A DNA stretch of 64,000 bases from Chrysomallon squamiferum (GCA_012295275.1 CM022667.1:14694001-14758000); one strand, 5' to 3'. Counted from the stretch's first letter, positions 32,181 to 46,720 are shown. The notes: generated by a model from the letters alone, not told the origin. Numbers and translations are program-made.

Positions 32181-33382
32181 AATCAGAATTCTCAAGGCTA
32201 AAAAAACCCACAAAAATAACGTGGTTTCCAACGGCAATCCTAAAACACCAGTTTGTATTTTTAATCAGACAATCGGAGAAACTGCAACAAGGAAAACTAA
32301 ACACTGTAACCAAGAAGGACATAATAGCAGAGATTTCATTGGCTGTAGAAAGGCGACTGAAAAGTGAGTATATCTATAAACACTGTCATATCAAAAGAGT
32401 CACCCCTTAAACAAACCGACCGTTGTATTTTGTTTATTTATTTGTGTATTATATCTTGTTCAAGCATGATCAGTTTTTCTATATGAAGATATCCGCATGT
32501 ATTGTTTGCTCATAAATACAACGGTGACCCGAAAGGCGATAGATCTATACCACTGCAGTTTATACCTTCCTTTTGGTGTATGGGTATTCTGTGTGCATGT
32601 ATATGGGTATGTGTATGAGAGGGGTATTTGTGTGTATATGAGTGTGTATGTACCTATTTACGTATGATTGTGCAGGTCATTAAAACACACGCAGGAAGTA
32701 TATTAATTATTTGTTTCTTGTAAGAACTGTAGTGCTGCTTCAATAAGAACAAGAGCTAAAATTAGTATTTGTACTGGTGTTGTTGCTGCTACTGCTACTG
32801 CTACGTCTGTTGCTACTTTATCTACTACTACTACTACTATTACTACTATTACCACCTTTACTTCTACTATTATACTAACTGCCATTTCCATTTTTGTCTC
32901 TGTTACTAATATTGCTACCGGAACCACCACTGATACTATTATTTCTTTATTTCTTTATTAGTTTTGATTTCCTATCTTAATTAATAATAATTTATCACAA
33001 CAAAATCAGTACAGTTTTAAAATATGTTACCACTAACCCGTTACAGCTAGTTCTTCTTATAACGAATATTTACAGGATTATCAACTTGCATAAAAATAAA
33101 TATTTTACAAAAGTAAAACAAAAAAAAAAAAAACCCCAAACTATAGGAAATAAATAAGCAGAAAAACAAATGAATAAAATAAATTTAAAAAAAAGAGATA
33201 AATAATAATAAATAAATAAATAAATAACAGGTCAAAGGAGAGTATTGTGAATAGCTCCAATGACAAACAAATAGTTACCAGTTAGTGTTGTTGTTTACGA
33301 CTTGGAAAATCTCCAAGGAAAAATGCAAGGTCGAGTGGACTCACAAAGGCAAATATTCTGACCTTGACCAAAAAACAGGAAG

Positions 33383-33446
33383 TAGTCTCGCCGGATAGCG
33401 GAGTACATTGGTTTCATGGATCGATAACTCGATATCCGCGAGACAT
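33383..33446. mobile_element. Tiny inverted-repeat (MITE-like) element
   Basis: gtctcgccggatagcggagt ... actcgatatccgcgagac form imperfect ~18-20 bp inverted arms around a ~22 nt spacer. Confidence 0.45.
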
Positions 33447-34587
33447 TATAGCTTGAGTATTAATAACGTAGATATATATCCACGTACTTGCGTGTTATGT
33501 ATGCTTGTATATATTTATGTGAACAGGTGTGTGTGAATGTGTGTGAGTCGATATATATATTTTTGTGTTGTTGTATGCATGGATTTATAAATATCTGTAT
33601 GGATGTATGTACCTATACGTATATAGATATATATATATATATGTGTGTGTTATAGTGTATGTATCTATGTGTGTATATATGTATGTCAAACTAGTATTAT
33701 TTCTCTACATTTTCTTTCTGTTTTTCAAAGATCAGTTATTAAATTAAAGTTTTCTTCAGTTTTCTCTTTCTGATTGTGTACGAGTATTGCAGTAAAATTA
33801 ATAATACAAATAGAATATGCAGCATTACTACCAGTGAACAGAGGAATTAACGTTTATGTATTATTCATATTAAAGCGTATCTATGTCAGTACTGTTTTGT
33901 TTGCCCTGTCATAACTCACAACAAAGTATGATAACAGGACAGTGCGCTTACAAAACATTTGAATGCCGCCATTTTGTACATTCAGAACTGAAATCGTTAC
34001 GTCACAGCGTACATGAATGATTGTCAGCTAAACAGAAATTTAAAGCAAATAAACCACAATTATAGAAAACATCTGCTGTCTATATATTTTATAACTGTAC
34101 TCCATTGTTGTGATACATTTTTATTAATTAAGATAGGGAGTCAAAAATACTAAATAAATAAATAAATAAATAAATAAAAACGTGAACCATAAATCGTTAC
34201 TTAGATACTGCTTCATATATTCACAGGTACTTCTTACTATGTTTTGTGACTGTGTAAAAGCCATTTAAAAATTAAATATATAAAAACTCACTAAACAGAA
34301 TATTATTCCGTTCATAATTATTTTGAAATGCAACACAAAGCTTTGTAGTTTTCTTGTTTTATTAAAGAAATGAACTTACAAAAATAGTTAATATTACGAA
34401 TAATCAGCACTTCTCATTAAAAATAAATAATACAGATGATTAAATAAATAAATTTAAAAACAAAAATGAAAGTAATTAATTAACTTAGCAACAACCTTTT
34501 CTGTACATATTTTAGAATAATCATTTTCGTTAAGTGATTAATATATTTTTTAATTTTCCCTTTAACTTTATTCACTGTTTTGTTTTC

Positions 34588-34663
<76 letters not shown>

Positions 34664-34718
34664 CTTTCCTTCTATTTGAACTGGTTTCAAACAGTTGCAC
34701 TGTGAAAATAATTCTGTC

Positions 34719-35271
34719 TTAGGCCATTATCTCAACAACAAATGTTCCATCAATATTGGTCAGTTCTTTCGAATCGAAACTAGCCGTTAGATCACGTGAC
34801 TTTTTGTTTCTCTGGGTTTTACGAGCAAGAAGGGTTAGTTCCTGAGTCCAAATTGTTCTAGGTTGAATATCTCTGGAGAAAAAAAACAAAAAAAAAAAAA
34901 AAAAAAAAAAAAAACATGAAGATATGTATATAGCTTGTTTTATGCAAGATACAAAATTTTATACACGTTATTGTTAATGCAGTTTGTGAAGGAATGAAAA
35001 GAATCTTATACGACGTGCAAACTAATTTATTATCTACAGTAACATTATTATTACAGTAATATTATCTACAGTAAGTCTTTGGATTTTTAAATTATATGGG
35101 TGTTTTGGGGTTTTTTTGTTGCTGTTTATGCGTAATGATGGAAAATTAGATTTTATTTTTTTTTATTTATTCATTTATTCATTATCTTTTCTTTCTTTCT
35201 TTCTTTTTTTTATATTTTTTTTTATTTCGTTAGTTAGTTGTTTATTTTCCTGTATTTTATTTAATTTTTTT

Positions 35272-35306
<35 letters not shown>

Positions 35307-36564
35307 TTTTTTTTTGGAAGTAATTATGAGAAAATATTTGTATCTCAAAAATCAAATAAATTTTTCTGATACAACTGTTACAGTATACTCTGTTATTACT
35401 TACTCCAGTTCGATTTTGTCTTTTGTCGGATCAACTGGAACAAGGCTGCCTTCAATGTCAAGGACACACTGAGTCAGTGGGATATGCAGAGGGTTGGTCA
35501 AGGTCACTTTCACAGTGATGACCTCATTCAATTTGCATTCCCTGGGACCCTAGAGATGTTTAAACAATGAAGGTAAGGAAAGTGCTGATTTATTAGCTAT
35601 TCACCATTTGTAAATCGGATATCAATTAATTCATGGTACTAAATCGATGTACCATCCATCCTTCCCATAATTCATTAATTATCCAGTCACTCATTAATCC
35701 ACAACAAACGCTATTGTACTATATCCGTACACCATCTATCCTTCCATTCATCTATATATTCATCCACCACTCGTCCATCCATCCATCCCTGATCCATTCA
35801 TTAATAATCCATATATTTATCTGTCTTTAATTCATCCATCCATTCATCCATACATCCATCCATCCTTCCACCCATCCATCCATCCATTCTTCAGTATCCG
35901 TTCAACTATCATTCATAGACACTGCAGTCAAGCATCAAATCCTCAGTACAATAATAACAGATAACTGTATAAAAATACACCCATTAAATTAAAGTCTTGT
36001 AAAATTCATCAGGATTACCTCAAACTCCAGTTCTGGTATTCTGTATCTGAAGACTTTGGTGAATTCCTGAACGTCTACGGTGAAGCCACTTTTAGTGATA
36101 CATTTAACCGTCACTTTGTACTGGTAGTCCTCGTCTGCACCTTCAAAAGCCTTGATTCCATCAACTGTGAAACTGATATTTTCTTCTGTAAAAAGAACAC
36201 GATTAGATATTTCATTGTTAGTGTCTAGGATGTTCAACATTGCTATTATTGTCATTATCAAGGTTCAGATTATGTCATCACCACAATCTTAGATAGACTG
36301 ACAGACAGATAGATAGATAGATAGACTGATAGACAGATAGATAGATAGATAGACAGACAGACATATTTGAACACTAATACAAACAGTTTCAGATATAAAT
36401 AAATACCTAGATATAATATTTCTAATTATTTTAAGAGATTACATTTCTCTTTTTTTCTTTTCACGCTTTAATGTTTTCTTTTGTTTTCTTTTATTTTTAT
36501 CTTCCTTACTGTACTCATTCCAGTCCCTGATATAATTGCCTTTATCATCATCATCATCATCATC

Positions 36565-36655
<91 letters not shown>

Positions 36656-37022
36656 GTCTGTCTCTCTCTCTCTCTGTACACACATTACATTACCTTTTCT
36701 AGGGTAAATGTACATCTCTCTGAACACTTGAAAATGGAGGTCTTTCCCTAACACTTCGCCTGTGTACGTCATTGCTCTTACAAGGGCGATAACTCTACAT
36801 GACCGCAGGTCGTCGGAAGTGTTGTAAAAACTGATCCCCACTTCGAAATTGTTTGCGCCCACCATGATGTCATCTGGAGTCGTGATCGTCACCTTTAAAC
36901 TCTGGGAAAAATAAAAAATAAATATTTTCTAAATTTTCTAACCCTTGATTCTTAATTTAAGCCATTTTTGGCTATGACAGACAGATTTACTGTTATTACT
37001 CAAATAATTTTTTTTTTTTTTA

Positions 37023-37085
<63 letters not shown>

Positions 37086-37203
37086 GAAATAAATAAAGAA
37101 ATAAAGAAATAATAATAAAATGAAATAAAATCAAAATAACTCACAAAAAACCATTTTTAAGACACAGAGGAATGTTAATATAGACGAACTGACATAAAGA
37201 CTG

Positions 37204-37235
<32 letters not shown>

Positions 37236-37690
37236 TCCAGCATGAATATGTATGTAACAACAACAGTTACTATTACTACATTGCACCTGACACTAGTAGT
37301 ACTATTATATCAACTCTATCACAAATGTTATTATTACGATCACCACTACTACTGCTTCTATTATTATTCCCCCTGCCACGAGCATTACAACTACGTCTTC
37401 TGTTATTGTTACAACTGTTACTACCTATACACCTCCACATTTGTTATTTCTATAACTACTGCTGTATCTTCTACTACGACTTCAATCACTACTGCAAATA
37501 CTGTTGTTATCTTAAGTACTACTACTACTATAGCCATGTTCCACTACTAACAACGACAGTAACAACGACAATAAGAAGAAGAAGAAGAAGAACCTCGTCT
37601 GTTTTTTTCACGTACGGATCCCTCACGTGACGCATGGCGGAAAACTTGGCGGCATTTTTCACAGCATCTCGTTCCTGTTTGGTTCCTGTT

Positions 37691-37735
<45 letters not shown>

Positions 37736-37874
37736 ATTTATTAGAAGGTAATAACATGATCAAATAATGTCGTTCATTAGCAACAAACCATTGTTATTAT
37801 TATTATTATATTATTACTATTATTATTATTATTATTCTTTTTCTTCTTCTTTTCTTCTTCTTCTTCTTCTTCTT

Positions 37875-37905
<31 letters not shown>

Positions 37906-40900
37906 TTATTATTATTATTATTATTATTATCATTATTATATTATATCAAACATAATGCACATCAGTTCAATACAACACGTAAAAAAAACTTCTACATTAT
38001 CTCTAAAATAGCTTGCAGTGGGTTGGCCATAATGTTTTCCAAACCCTTTATTTTGTATGTGTGAGTCAATGAGTGTCTGGTCCTCTAGATATTTGTATCT
38101 TTGATTAAACAGATTACTCACCTTCTGGATATTTGTAGAGGTGAGTAATATCTATTCTTTCTATCCTCTCATCTTTGTCTCGGTTCGTTCGACTATGGTA
38201 TCCCCCCTCCATTGGCTTTCCCGTCGGTTTGTGAGTACTAATTTTATTTCCAATTCTGTAATAATAACAACAGTAACAATAGGTCGCGAAATTTCATGAA
38301 AAAGTATTATAAATCTGAGTATTTCGTGAACTATTTAATGTGAACAAATAATTATTCTCGAGATCCATTTAACATAAAAAGTTCGTGAATTATTTTACAT
38401 TAATGTACTTCATGAATAATCCGTATGAATGTGCTTCATGAATATTTCACGTTAATGTACTTGATGAATATTTCACATTAATGTACTTGATGAATATTTT
38501 ACATTAATGTACTTCATGAACATTTCACATTAATGTTCTTCATGAATATTTAACATTAATGTACTTGAAGAATATTTTACATTAATGTACTTCATGAATA
38601 TTTCACGTTAATGTACTTCGTGAATATTTCACATTAATGTACTTGATGAATATTTCACATTAATGTACTTGATGAATATTTTACATTAATGTACTTGATG
38701 AACATTTCACATTAATGTATTTCATGAATATTTTTAATTTAATGTACTTCATGAATATTTCGCATTAATGTTCTTCGTGAATATTTCACATTAATGTACT
38801 TGATGAATATTTTACATTAATGTATTTCATGAATATTTTTAATTTAATGTACTTCATGAATATTTCGCATTAATCTACTTTATGACTATTTCACACTAAT
38901 GCACTTTATGAATATTTCACATTAATGTACTTTATGAATATTTCACATTAATGTTCTTCATGACTATTTCACATTAATGTACTTCATGAATATTTCACAT
39001 TAACGTACTTCATGACTATTTCACATTAATGTACTTCATGACTATTTCACAGTATACGTACGCGGCTGTAGACATGTGCGTCACGACGTACTCTCCAGAG
39101 CGTGATATTTTCCACGTGATCTGGTCTGCGTTCACTTCAGCGAAAATAAATCTTGTGTCGTAGCCGACGTTGACGTTGCCTCTCTTTATCGCAATCTGTG
39201 GCGCTGGCCCGCAGCACATGACCCCTAGAGAAAATTTAAATAGTTGTCTGGACACGTGACATTGCCATGCGCCTGAGATTGGCTAGATCTTTACACACCT
39301 AAGCAAAATGGCTCATTTTACGTAAATATCTTTGATTCTATATATTATGTTTTCCACTGAATACGTAAAGAAGGAAAGAAACAATAAAATTCAAGGTTAA
39401 ATTAGATAGACAGACAGACATATATACACACACATATATATATAGGTAGATCAATCGATAGGTAGATAAATAGTTAAAAGGATAGACAGACAAACAGACA
39501 AACAGACAGATGGATGGAAGGATAGATAGACAGATAGAAACAGAGAGAAGGATGGAAATGGATAAATCATAGATCGGAGGAAAGAACGAAAAATTAGCAA
39601 AAAAAACCTTTATTATTACTGACCTTTCGACCTGATGACCTTAACCTATTTGCTTAGCCAATCAGAATTAAAGACATTTATCAAACTCACCTTCGCTTGA
39701 TTCTTGCGGAGTTGCATCAATGATTTGCCAGCCGCCATACTCGTCACCCAGCTCCGGTCTTTTCATGTACACTTCATTCCATAAGTGGAAGTTCCTGAAA
39801 ATAAATAAATAAATAATAAATAAATAAATAATGAAGTCTACCTACTCAATCTGTGGGTAAGTTGTTATGTATTATATACTGGTATAACGTAATGACAGGT
39901 AGAATGATTAAGAAAAATGACTTAATTACTGAAAAAGAAAAGAAAACAGTAGCAGCAACAGCAGCAGCAAAACAATGAGAACAACTACAGCAACAATGAA
40001 CATAATAATGACGACGACGACAACAACAATGACAGTAATAATAATAATAAGAAGAAGAAGAAGACGACGAAGAAGAAGAAATAAAACATAACAACGATGA
40101 TAAAAACAAAAGGAGCAGAAGCAACAACATTCAGTTAGTTAGAAACAAACATTTACCAGACAGAATCAGTGTTCTTACGAATGATGTCGTCTTCGTTTTC
40201 GTCAACAAATCTGTCGATGGTGAGGCTGACGTCAGTGTCGTGGGCGGAATCAAAGTTCGTGACACTCCTACAAGGAATGCCGAGAGCGCGGCATACTGTC
40301 AGGTTGAAATAAATAAATAAATAAATAAACGTAAATAAATTAAATAAATAAACAAACAAACGCAAACGCAGTTCTAATGTAAAATACAAAAAACAATAAA
40401 ATGTAAAAACGCGTAAAGCAAACGACATTGCATATATCACTGCACACACACACACACACACACAAAGTTGCATATGCACTTGCATACGCACAGATAGATA
40501 CTTAGGTAGATAAATAGACAGATAACAGAGAGACAGAGAAAGAGACAAATACGGAAAGAAGGTGGTAAGCAAGAAGATTTTGACGTAAATAAATAACAAC
40601 AGCAACATCAGTAACAACAAGAATAATATAAACAGCAAGTACAACAACTACAACAACACTAACACAACAACAACAATAAAACTAATAACAACATCAGCAG
40701 TAACAACAACAACAACAACAACAACAATAATAATAATAACAACAATAATAATAACAACAACAACAACTATAATAATAATGATAATAATGTACAGGCTGTC
40801 ACCTGTTGTGAGAACTCCAGAAAACACCCAGCACTGTCCGTATTTGACAGGTTTTTTTGTTCTCATGAACTGCCTCAGTATCTTCACACTGCCCGTCCAG

Positions 40901-42189
40901 GAACCAGGCCTTTGTCCACCGTCGTAGTTTCCTGACCAGTTGCCCACAACGACGCCGTAGTTGGGGTCGTCTGGACTGCTGCCGGTGTTGTTGACCTGCA
41001 ACATCGTAAAATAATTAACATAAACATTCACAAAATTAATGTGATTTAATATCTATACATAAATACACCCATAGGTATTTTATACATGGGAACTCTTGGA
41101 CAATCAAACAAATCAATGGTTATACAAAGGAAAGGAATGCTTACCTATCATAATTTATATAATACCTGCATACTCTGTTATTATTGTTGTGTTGGTGATT
41201 TTATCACTTTTGATTTCGATTTGAGTGAAGAAGGCGTTACCACTGATGCTGTTATTGACTTACTACTTGAGAGAGTGCTCTAGATACTTTGGCGGGATCG
41301 CCAGTTCGACTCCAGGATCTGTAACCAAACCCCATGTACATCAAGTGTAAAGCCGCATCCAGTATTCCTCGATCAAACTGAAATAATACACATATATAAA
41401 TATATTAAATACACACACACATATTATATTTATTTATTTACATATTTACCTAGACACTGATCCATATGGACGATTAACCAACATGCTTCCATACACACAT
41501 CTATACATTTATACATACAAACACATTTACAGACGCACATACCCAAACAAATGAAATAGAAGGGAAAAAGAATCTAATTAAATTGCAAAACTTACATAAA
41601 TTTTGAGATAATAGTTTACATGTGAGAATTATCTTTCTTCTCAAAAAAAAAAATAATAATAATAATAATAAAAAAAATAGAATTAAAATATATAGAATGA
41701 AAGAAAGAAAGATTGATAGATAGATAGACAGACATGAGAGATAAAAAAAATAAAATAAAATAAAATAAATGGAAAAGGTGTAAGAGAGGAAAGAACGAAA
41801 AGAAAAAGGAAAAAGAAAAAAGAGAAATTATTATTAATGATCACAATCTCTTCTCACCTGACCAAAATTCCATTTCTTAGATGCAGGAGCGTAGGAGTTT
41901 CCCCTGTACAGCACTCCTGTGTCGTTCATAACATACTCCTCCAAGTTCTGTGACATGTACACAGCGTCATCTGCATATAAATCAGTTGCTGTTGTTGTTG
42001 TTGTTATTATTATAACTGATATATATATATATATACAGAGAGACTGATTCATTATAAATATAATTTAAGGTGACAACTTAAAGAAGTGAAACTGAAATAA
42101 GAGAAAACAAATTATTACTATTACTCAACTGCTATCAACACTCACAACTGATAATAATAATAACAACAACAACCACAACAACAACAAGA

Positions 42190-42256
<67 letters not shown>

Positions 42257-42782
42257 CTTTGCACCAAGGATTAAACAATATAGTGACGTCATCAGGAGAC
42301 TGATACTCCCATACGTCTACGTCAGAAGAGTTTTCATGTTGTACTGTTGTCTTGACGCAAAATTCCCACTCTCCGATGAAGCAGTTGCACGGCGGAAACA
42401 CAGCGACATCGACGTTGTTGTCGGTATTTCTTATAATACGTGCTCCCCATCTGAATGGTTTGTATGCTACATTTCCTTCTTCGGAGAGCGGAAATTCACG
42501 AAAGGTTCCGTTTGTTACCGAGGGATTTTCGCCTGTACATACGAAAATAGAAATAAAATTAGGTAATGAATACGTCAGCACGTCACGTGATTTAGCTTTA
42601 ATGGCGAAACATTTATACAACGTTTCCCTGTATGTAATTTCTTTTAATTTCTGTATGTAAATGTATTGTTTGTTAATGTTTGTTTTAAACGTGAGTATAT
42701 ATATATATTGTACGGTTTTGTCGTTATGGCTTTTTATACATTTCTATTGTATCCATTACAATTACTACTAATACTAATACTC

Positions 42783-42830
<48 letters not shown>

Positions 42831-43051
42831 TTGTTGCTGTTGTTGTTGTTACCTGTTTTAAATATCAGAGACAAATCGTGGCTGTCTTTGTCAAAAGGTT
42901 GGTTCAGACGTAGAGTAATAAGAAATTCTTGACCTCTTCGAATTACTAGTTCCGGGTCAAAGGAATCTTCACTGAAATTTAAAAATAAACCAAAGTAATA
43001 CTCAGACATATAAGTAAATAGATCACAGAACAAAGACAGACAGATAGACAG

Positions 43052-43136
<85 letters not shown>

Positions 43137-43251
43137 GCGCGTATGAGTTGCTATTATTATTATTATTGTTATTATTATTATTATTATTAATAGTAGTAGT
43201 GGTGGTGGTGGTGGTGATATTGGTAGTAGTAATAGTGATAGTAGTAGTATC

Positions 43252-43310
<59 letters not shown>

Positions 43311-44827
43311 AAGGAGTAGTAATTTTTATTTTATTTTTACTTTCTTTCCTATAATTTCTTTGTTTGCTGTTACCATTTATGTTTATAATTAATAAATAAC
43401 AACATCAATAAACAAATAAACAACTAAACAAGAAAAAATAGAAATAAAAAACAAAATAATAAATAAATAAATAAGTATGGATAATTCAACAAAATTCTAA
43501 CAGAAAACATACAAAACCGGTCTTCATGTTACTTTGAGAAATATTTGAAGTTTAGTTTTTACATAAAAACAAAGAGTAAACAATCAGATAAGCCTGGGTT
43601 AAGCTGGATCAAGCGATACAAGTTCAGATAGTCACAACAGACTAAGTCTTAAATACCGTGTGAAGTGTATCTTTATTGTAAATCAAAACTTGAAGAGCCA
43701 CACGTATTAGTGCTTGTTTGATGTTTTAACGATATTGTTCAAGCGATATGACCTGATATGTTGTAAGATTTGTAATCTCATTTCAATATTTATTTACTTA
43801 TATGTTCTCTTGTCATCTTGTTTGTTTGTTTGTTTTCTTATTTATTTATTTATTTATTTATCATCATCATCATCATCATCATCACTGGTGGAAGCAGTAA
43901 TTTTAGCAGCAGCAACAGTGATAGTAGTAGTAGTAGTAGTTGTTGTTGCGTCGTCTTTTTTCTTCTTTTTTTCGTTTATTTCTTTTTCTTTCTGTCATTT
44001 GTTTTGTTTTTTCTTTCTTTTACTAACTTTTCTCTTGATATTTCTTTCCCTTAATCTTTCTTTCCTCAGTGTATTCATCATTTTGTTTTCTTTCTTTATT
44101 TCTTTATTTCTATTTTTATTATTATTATTTTTTAATCTTTCTTTCTTTATTTCTTTATTTCTATTTTTATTATTATTATTTTTTAATCTTTCTTTCTTAT
44201 TTTCAGTTTATCATTCTAATTTCTGGGTTTTTTTTTGTAAATGGTGAAAAAAAAAAAAAAAAAAATAATAATACTTTTCCATGTTTCGGAACGATTAAGA
44301 ATATGAAATTAATCGATATACCCCTGAGCGTCACAGAATATAAAATACATGATATCATCGATTTTTGAATTATAAAATTATTAACACCGAAAGACAATAA
44401 ACCTGTCGATTTCTTTGAAAGACAACCAAAATAAATGACATGACCGTCACGTTTTCTTTTGTCAATGCACTACCCGAAGAGAAACGAGAGACTCGTTGCC
44501 TATCGTTAACATACGAGCGTTATTTTTAACTGTTTAAATGATTTTATTGTTACTGCGTTTCGATAACAGGCTATGAAAGTCAGTTTCTACATTAGATTAA
44601 TGTAGTTTTACTAAAATGACCTCAGTTGGCCGTGAGTAGAGTAGGAAGGAGTGTTTTGACTTCAGTGCGGTTGTTAAGCAATAAAACCCGCTGTTAGAAA
44701 GCTGAGACAAAGAATACAGCAAGTACGAGGAGAAGAATGCGAGAGGGCACATTTTCGGTCTGGCTTTCATACGTGTGAGAAATATATTGTTCATTTGATA
44801 TTGTCACTGGTGAATAACAAGACAGCC

Positions 44828-44874
<47 letters not shown>

Positions 44875-46222
44875 ATAAACACACACGCACAAACACATAC
44901 ACATTCAGAGAAACAGAGAAAGAGAGAGAGAGAGCACGGAAGAAGAGCTAGAAATAAATGAATGAATGAATGAATAAAGAAACAAATAAATAACTAAATA
45001 ACTACAACCACAACATCAGTAACAATAATAACAAAACAAAGAGCATGTTCAGGAACCACATGTATACTGCTAATACTATAATATTAGTATTATTACGACG
45101 TTTGCTATTAATAATAATAATACTTTTATTATAATACTACTTATTATAATTATTATAACTTGATTTATTAATATTATTACTATTATCACAGCTACTATTA
45201 TTATTATTAATACTATCATCTAGTAACTAAACAAACAAAAAAAACTAACTGAAAAGGAAAGATAACAAAATAAAGAAATGAAAACAACAACAACAACAAA
45301 CAAACCCGTTTTTGGACTCGGTACATTCAAACTGGTCAGTGTGATGAGCGTCACAGTTAGACTGAATATGTAGGTCAACTTTCTGCACGTGCAGCTCTTT
45401 AGAGAGTTCTTCTTCCGTTAGCGTTTCCGGTTCTAGCTCTTTCTCTGTAAAAGGGAGAAAAGAAAAGCGCAAATTGCTTTATTCTGTATTTTTGTAATTT
45501 CTTCGTTTCTTTGTCTGTCTCACTTAATTGCCTTTCTTCTTCTCCTTCTTTTTATTATTATTTTTTGTTTTCGTTTATTCTTTATTTGTGTCAGTTTCTC
45601 TTTGACAGAAACATCAGTGGCAAAAATCTTAGCTAGTACAGACTATAACAATAACAACAACAAAAACAATAATAACAGTAATAATAATAATAATAATATA
45701 ATAATAATAATAATAATAATAACAATAATAATAATAACAAAAAAACAACAATAGTAACAATAACAATAATAATAATAATAATAACAACAACAAAATATCA
45801 ACAACAACGACAATAATAATAATATTATTAATAACAACAATAACAACAACAGCAACAGCAACAACAACAACAACAACAACAACAATAATCAAGTAATAAT
45901 AACAAAACCCATACATTCAAAACACTCAACACGATAACAAATTAAACGAACGAAAATCTTACTACAGCATCTCAGTCTCACCTTTATCTTCTCCAGTTTC
46001 CTCCCTTCGTCTGGAAATGGTGGACGGTTCATTGTACCTCGCCAGCCACTCTCTGAAACTTTCGAACCGTCTTGGTCGCGACCGACATGGACCGTAACGC
46101 CTCCTACGCCAACTACTGCAACCAGAAGGGACATATCCCAGCTGACGTCGTTCCCGTAGATATCGAGCGAAGTCGTGGTAGCCAGACGCTTCTCTGTACC
46201 CACCGTACCGTTGTCTGTACAT
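34719..46222 (-). CDS. Protein-glutamine gamma-glutamyltransferase (transglutaminase) copy B, 833 aa, intact
   Basis: 16 phase-consistent exons: 46222-45982, 45444-45306, 42971-42853, 42532-42257, 41970-41858, 41377-41264, 40995-40803, 40295-40157, 39794-39691, 39224-39062, 38255-38122, 37685-37594, 36901-36694, 36185-36019, 35549-35404, 34872-34719. Triad motifs are [17 protein letters not shown] and [11 protein letters not shown] probable 5'UTR exon donor lies at 47678-79. Confidence 0.94.
38383..39051. repeat. 26-bp minisatellite, about 25 copies, in a transglutaminase B intron
   Basis: Consensus ATGAATATTTCACATTAATGTACTT(C/G), repeated head to tail with point variants. Confidence 0.95.
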
Positions 46223-46380
46223 GTTCGCTTTCGTGCGACAGAGAAATTGTCAATCAGCAAAAAGCAAAAATATAAAGTCGTTTAATAAAGCACGGACTAC
46301 GTTAAGCTTTAAGAATAGAGCATACACAGATTTATGACTAGCTTGTCAATAAAAGTATTCATGATTGACTGATTATCAGT

Positions 46381-46720
46381 GGTATTGATTTTTGACTGTT
46401 GATAATGCAAGGGCTGTTCCAGAATGTGATAACGGGGTCGCAGTAATGTGCTGTGAATAAACGAACGAATACGAGGGGTGAGGATTTGACGTCTGGGGCA
46501 GATTAGAGTTGATCCTTGATACTGCAAGGGCAGTTCGATACTCAAAATCGGGGTCGTAATGAAATGTGCTGAATGAATGAATAACAACGGTATCGATTTT
46601 CACGTTTGATATACTATAAGGGCGTTTCTTGAGTGGGACCGCGGGGTCGCAATAACGTGTGAATATCGGAGGGTGTGGGGGTGATTTTTTGTTTGATACA
46701 GCGGGTGCATTTCTAAGGTG
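46381..46720. repeat. Degenerate ~100 bp tandem repeat (3 to 4 units) upstream of the first coding exon of transglutaminase B
   Basis: The motif string ttgata..gcaagggc.gtt...cggggtcgca.taa..tgtg..gaat recurs, with cggggtcg cores near 46433, 46549 and 46642. Confidence 0.6.

Noticed and set aside
38383-39051. CRISPR-like appearance of the palindromic 26-bp array
   Set aside because: Units are contiguous with no unique spacers, there are no cas genes, and the context is a eukaryotic intron.
44597-44830. GC-richer patch in the extra transglutaminase B intron as a possible alternative exon
   Set aside because: The available acceptor and donor pairs give stops or the wrong phase for the exon at 42971.
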